Positions 59,640 to 64,000 of a stretch of DNA of 64,000 nucleotides are shown here, piece after piece. Source of the DNA: Leucoraja erinacea (lineage: Eukaryota); NCBI RefSeq assembly GCF_028641065.1, contig NC_073377.1, forward strand, positions 77,934,001 to 77,998,000, read 5' to 3'. Below the pieces are notes generated by a model, which made no database searches, had not been told where the DNA came from, and saw only the letters and a list, made by a program, of their open reading frames with translations. Made by a program: the position numbers and the translations under genes. Position 1 is the first letter of the stretch; every line of letters begins with the position of its first letter.

Positions 59640-62600
59640 CAGAATGGCTTTGGTGAGTCAGATTAAAGGGAATTTTAAGGCAATTTGTACATACATTAAG
59701 AGAGAGTAACTGTGGAGAGCATAGGACCACTCAGGAATAAAGGAGGGAATTTGTATTTAAAGCCAGCGGATGTGGGCGACATAGTGAATCAGTACTCAGC
59801 AGCATCATTAAAGACACAACAAAGTGATGCAGGATAGTGAGAATGGTGTGGTCTTTGCTAATGTGCTGAGGCATTTTGAGATCAAGATGGAGATGCTGTT
59901 AGATTTCTTGATGCACATGAAGGTGGAAATTTCTCAAGGGCCTGTTGGGATCTATCCCAGGTTATTGAGAAAGGCAAGAGAATATATTGTGGGGCCTTGA
60001 CAAACATCTTTGTATCCACAGGTGAGATCCCTGAGGACTGAAGAGTAGTCAATGTTGATTTATCCATGTTCTCTTGAGATGCTGCCTGACCCGCTGAGTT
60101 ACTCCAGCACTTTGTGTCTTGTTTTGTAAACCAGCATCTGCCATTCCTTGTTTCAATGTTGTTCTTTATTTGAAGGGAAATGAGAAAACCCATGAAATTA
60201 TTGACAGATGAGCCTCACATCAGTGGTAGTGAAGATTCTGGAGAGGATAGAAACCAGGATCTGCAGCTACAGGTTGACACAAAGTGCTGGAGTAACTCAA
60301 TGGGTCAGGCAGAATCTCTGGAGAACAAGGATAGATGATTTTTTGGAGAAGAGTTCCGACCCAAAATGTCACCTAACTGTGTACTATACAAATGCTGCCT
60401 AAACCACTGGGTTACTCCAGCACTTTGTGTCCTTTCGGCAAGGATATTTATGAATATATATACTTTTATACTTGGTAGAGATTGAGCTAGTTAGAAACAG
60501 TCCGCATGGCTTTGTCCAGGTCAGGTCATATCTTATAAATGTGATTGATTATTTTGAGGCAGTGATGAAGATAATTGATGAGGGTAGTACAGTGAATGCT
60601 GTCTCCATAGACTGCAGTAAGGCATTTGACAATATCCCTCATGGTAGGCTGATCCAGATTATTAAGATACATGTGATCTATAGACACTTGGTAGATTGAA
60701 CTGGCTCACCCATATAAGATAAAGTAATGCTTAATAAAGTAAAAAAAAAAGTGTCATTCTTGCTGGAGGCAAACCTTGGTGGAGTTTCAATAGGTGAAGA
60801 AGGCTGTAAAAGGATATTGCAGGATATAGATCAGTTACAGATATAGGTGGAGAAATGGCACAGAGTTTAATGTGGACAAATGTGAATTAAAGTCAAGTCA
60901 AGTCAAGTCAAGTCAAGAGAGTTTATTGTCATGTGTCCCAGATAGGACAATGAAATTCTTGCTTGCTGCAGCACAACAGAATATAGTAAGCATAAATTTC
61001 CAAACAGTTCAGTATTTCTATATAGCATAGACTATATCTATACACATAAATAAACAGATAAAGTGCAATAGACTGTTATAGTTCAGAGTTTGTTTGATGG
61101 CAAGTTTAATAGCCTGACGGCTGTGGGGAAGCAGCTGTTCCTGAACCTGGATGTAACAGATTTCAGGCTCCTGTACCTTCTACCTGATGGCAGCAGAGAG
61201 ATGGGTGTGTGGCCATGATGGTGTGGGTTCTTGATGATGCTCGAAGCCTTTTTGAGGCAGCGACTGTGATAGATCCCTTCGATAGTTTGGAGGTCAGAGC
61301 CGATGATGGACTGGGCAGTGGTCACAACTTTCTGCATTCCTTTCCGCTCCTGGGTGCTCAAGTTGCCGAACCAAGCCATCATGCAACCAGTCAGCATGCT
61401 CTCTACTGTGCACCTGAAGAAGTTGGACAGAGTCCTCTTTGACATACCGACATCTCCGTAATCTACTCAGGAAGTAGAGGCGCTGATGTGCTTTCTTTAT
61501 AATTGCATCAGTGTGCTGGGACCAGGAAAGATCTTCTGAAATATGCACGCCCAGGAATTTGAAGTTCTTGACCCTTTCTACCATTGCTCCGTTGATATAA
61601 ACGGGATTGTGGGTCCCTATCCTACCCCCTCCAAAGTTCACAATCAGTTCCTTGGTTTTGCTGGTATTGAGAGCCAGGTTATTGTGCTGGCACCATTTGG
61701 TCAATCGGTCGATCTCACTTCTATACTCTGACTCGTCCCCATCAGTGATACGTCCCACACAGTGGTGTCATTGGTGAACTTGATGATGAAGTCGCACTAT
61801 GTCCGGCTACGCAGTCATGAGTATAGAGTGAGTAAAGCAGGGGGGCTGAGCACGCAGCCTTGAGGTGCTCACGTACTGATTGTTATTGAAGATGACACAT
61901 TTCCACCAATACGGACCGACTGTGGTCTGTGGATGAGGAAGTCGAGAATCCAATTGCAGAGGGATGCGCAGAGACCCAGATCTGAGAGCTTGGGAACCAC
62001 CTTGGAGGGGATGATCGTATTAAATGCTGAGCTGTAGTCAATGAATTACAGCCTGACATATGAGTTTTTGTCCAAGTGGTCCAGAGCAGAGTGGAGAGCC
62101 AGTGAGATCGCATCCATCGTTGATCTGTTGTGGCAGTAAGCGAACTGCAGTGGGTCAAGGTTTTTGTTGAGGTAGGACTTGATATGCGCCATAATCAACC
62201 TCTCAAAGCATTTCATCACCACAGACGTTAGTGCCACTGGTCAGTAGTCATTGAGGCACGTCACCTTGCTCTTCTTGGGCACTGGTATTATTGATACCCT
62301 TTTAAAGCAGGTGGGAACATCAGAACTCAGAAGTGAGAGGTTGAAAATGTCCATAAAAACTCCAGCCAGTTGGGCCGCACAGGTTTTTACAACTCGGCTG
62401 GGCATGCCACCAGATCCAGGTGCTTTCCAAAGGTTCACCCCCCTGAAGGATCTTCTGACGTTGGCCTCTGTGACAGTGACTGAAACACCATCATGGAGAA
62501 TGGGTGCTCGGGAAGGCACATCAGTGTTCTCTCTATCAAAGCGTGCGTAAAACGCATTGAGCTCGTCAGGGAGTGATGTTTCGCTGACAATTGAGCTGCC

Positions 62601-63160
62601 TCCTGATGTCGCCGTGATGGCATTCTAGCCCTGCCACAGTTGCCAAACATCCGTCTCATCCTCCAGCTTGGAGCATGTCCCTTTTGGCCCTTTTAATGAC
62701 CTTACCAAGGTCATCACTTGCTGAGGGACTTTTGTTGGCCTGGGCAAGTTGTGCCGAAGAACCTGTGCATTTTGCAAGTTGGGCAGAAGAGCCTGCGCAC
62801 CTGTGCAATGTGCACTTTGGGTGGGGGGGGGGGGGGGGGGGGGGCAAAATGTAAGCGGAAAGTATGCAGCTATTGACAGAACCTTTAACAGCACTGAAGT
62901 ATAGAGAGGTCTTGGGATCTAAGTCTATACTTCCTTGAAAGCAGCAAGACATGTAGATAGATTGGTAAAGAAGGCATTTGGTATGCTTGCCTTCATCAGT
63001 TAGGGCAATGAGTTTAAGAGAAAATGTTGCAATTTTATAAAACTTTGGTTTGGCCACATTTGGAGTATTGTGCACAGTTTTGGTTACACTATCACATAAA
63101 GAACAATTTTGGAGATGGTGTGGAAGAAGTTGTGCAGGATGCTGCCTAAATTAGAGGATA
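59640..63160 (+). mobile_element. Old CR1 LINE interrupted by Penelope relics and a Rex1-like LINE
   Basis: SLTSVVVKILERI, HGFVQVRSYLINVIDYFE, DCSKAFDNIPHGRL; resumes at about 62845 with AFGMLAFI. Confidence 0.7.
60890..62715 (-). mobile_element. Rex1/Babar-like LINE, RT region and 3' tail (ttgac)n
   Basis: [49 protein letters not shown]. Confidence 0.92.
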
Positions 63161-63277
63161 GCTTTGTCAAAGAATCATTGAGCCTAACACCATGGAAACA
63201 GGTTCTTCGGCCCAACTTTCCCATGCCAACAAAGGTCCCTCAACAGCAGAACTCACAAGTAAATATCAGTCAATAGT

Positions 63278-64000
63278 CTATCTGCTGTGATGGAGACAGT
63301 GAGAGCAAGAAATGGTAGTGGTCCAATTGAATTTGAGTGCAAGATGGAAATTAGTAGTGAAGTTAATGAAGTCAGTGAGGTCTGCATGGGTGGTAGCAGA
63401 TGCAGTCATCCATGTAGTGGTGATAGAGTTTGGGGATGGGTCCAGTGTACATCTGGAACCGAGATTGTTCGACATACCCTACAAAGAGGCAGGCATAGCT
63501 GGGGTCCATACAAGTGCCCATGGCTATGCCTTGGACTTGGACGATGTGGGAATCAAAGGAGAAGTTGTTAAGAATAAGGACCAGCTCTGCTAGGCAGAGG
63601 AAAGTGTTGGTAGATGGAAATTGGCTGGTTCTGCGGTCGAAGAAGAGATGGAAGGCTTTAAGGCATCCCCGCCTTCCTGGTGGGGGATGGAGGTGTAGAG
63701 TGACAGAACATCCATAGTAAAGATGAGGAAGTGGGAGCCTGGAAAACAGAAGTCATTGAAGAGACGAAGGGCGTGTGAGGTGTCTTGGCCATAGGTAGGG
63801 AGGGATTGGACCAGGGGGGATAGAATGGAGTTGAGGTATGTGGAAATTAATTCAGTGGGACAGGAGTAGGCAGAAACAATGGTTTACCAGGGCAGTTCTG
63901 TTTATGGATTTTGGGGAGAAGATAAAACTGAGCCGTGCGGGGTTGGGGAATGATAAGGTTGGAGACTTTGGCGGGCAGACAGCCGGAAGTGATGGAATCA
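63278..64000 (-). mobile_element. Penelope-like RT fragment, runs off window end
   Basis: Minus strand GIAMGTCMDPSYACLFVGYVEQ..YMDDCI..DFINFTTNFHLALKFNW. Confidence 0.8.

Overview
Eukaryotic, transposon-dominated non-coding DNA (gene desert or very large intron), most likely from a cartilaginous fish (skate/ray/shark), inferred from HE1-like V-SINEs and HER1/CR1 LINEs. I found no convincing host protein-coding gene, rRNA or true tRNA; every recognisable ORF is transposon-derived. Contents: many CR1 LINE fragments, three Rex1/Babar-like LINEs, a Tx1-like 3' end, Penelope elements with many palindromic pseudo-LTR relics, two Mag-like Gypsy elements (one with both LTRs and a TSD), two copies of a GC-rich CsRn1-clade Gypsy element, a non-autonomous Helitron, PIF/Harbinger and hAT MITEs, a long foldback element and a possible DIRS relic. 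Most interesting: (1) an ORF-less GC-rich retroelement family (about 9 copies or fragments) whose hairpins are kept by compensatory substitutions and whose tail resembles Rex1; (2) back-to-back minimal hammerhead ribozyme motifs in Penelope-derived palindromes; (3) a G GGA AAC -1 frameshift signal with a downstream stem at the CsRn1 gag-pol junction; (4) an apparently recombinant LTR element marking a rearrangement breakpoint. All alignments, folds and mismatch counts were done by eye; boundaries of old repeats are approximate.
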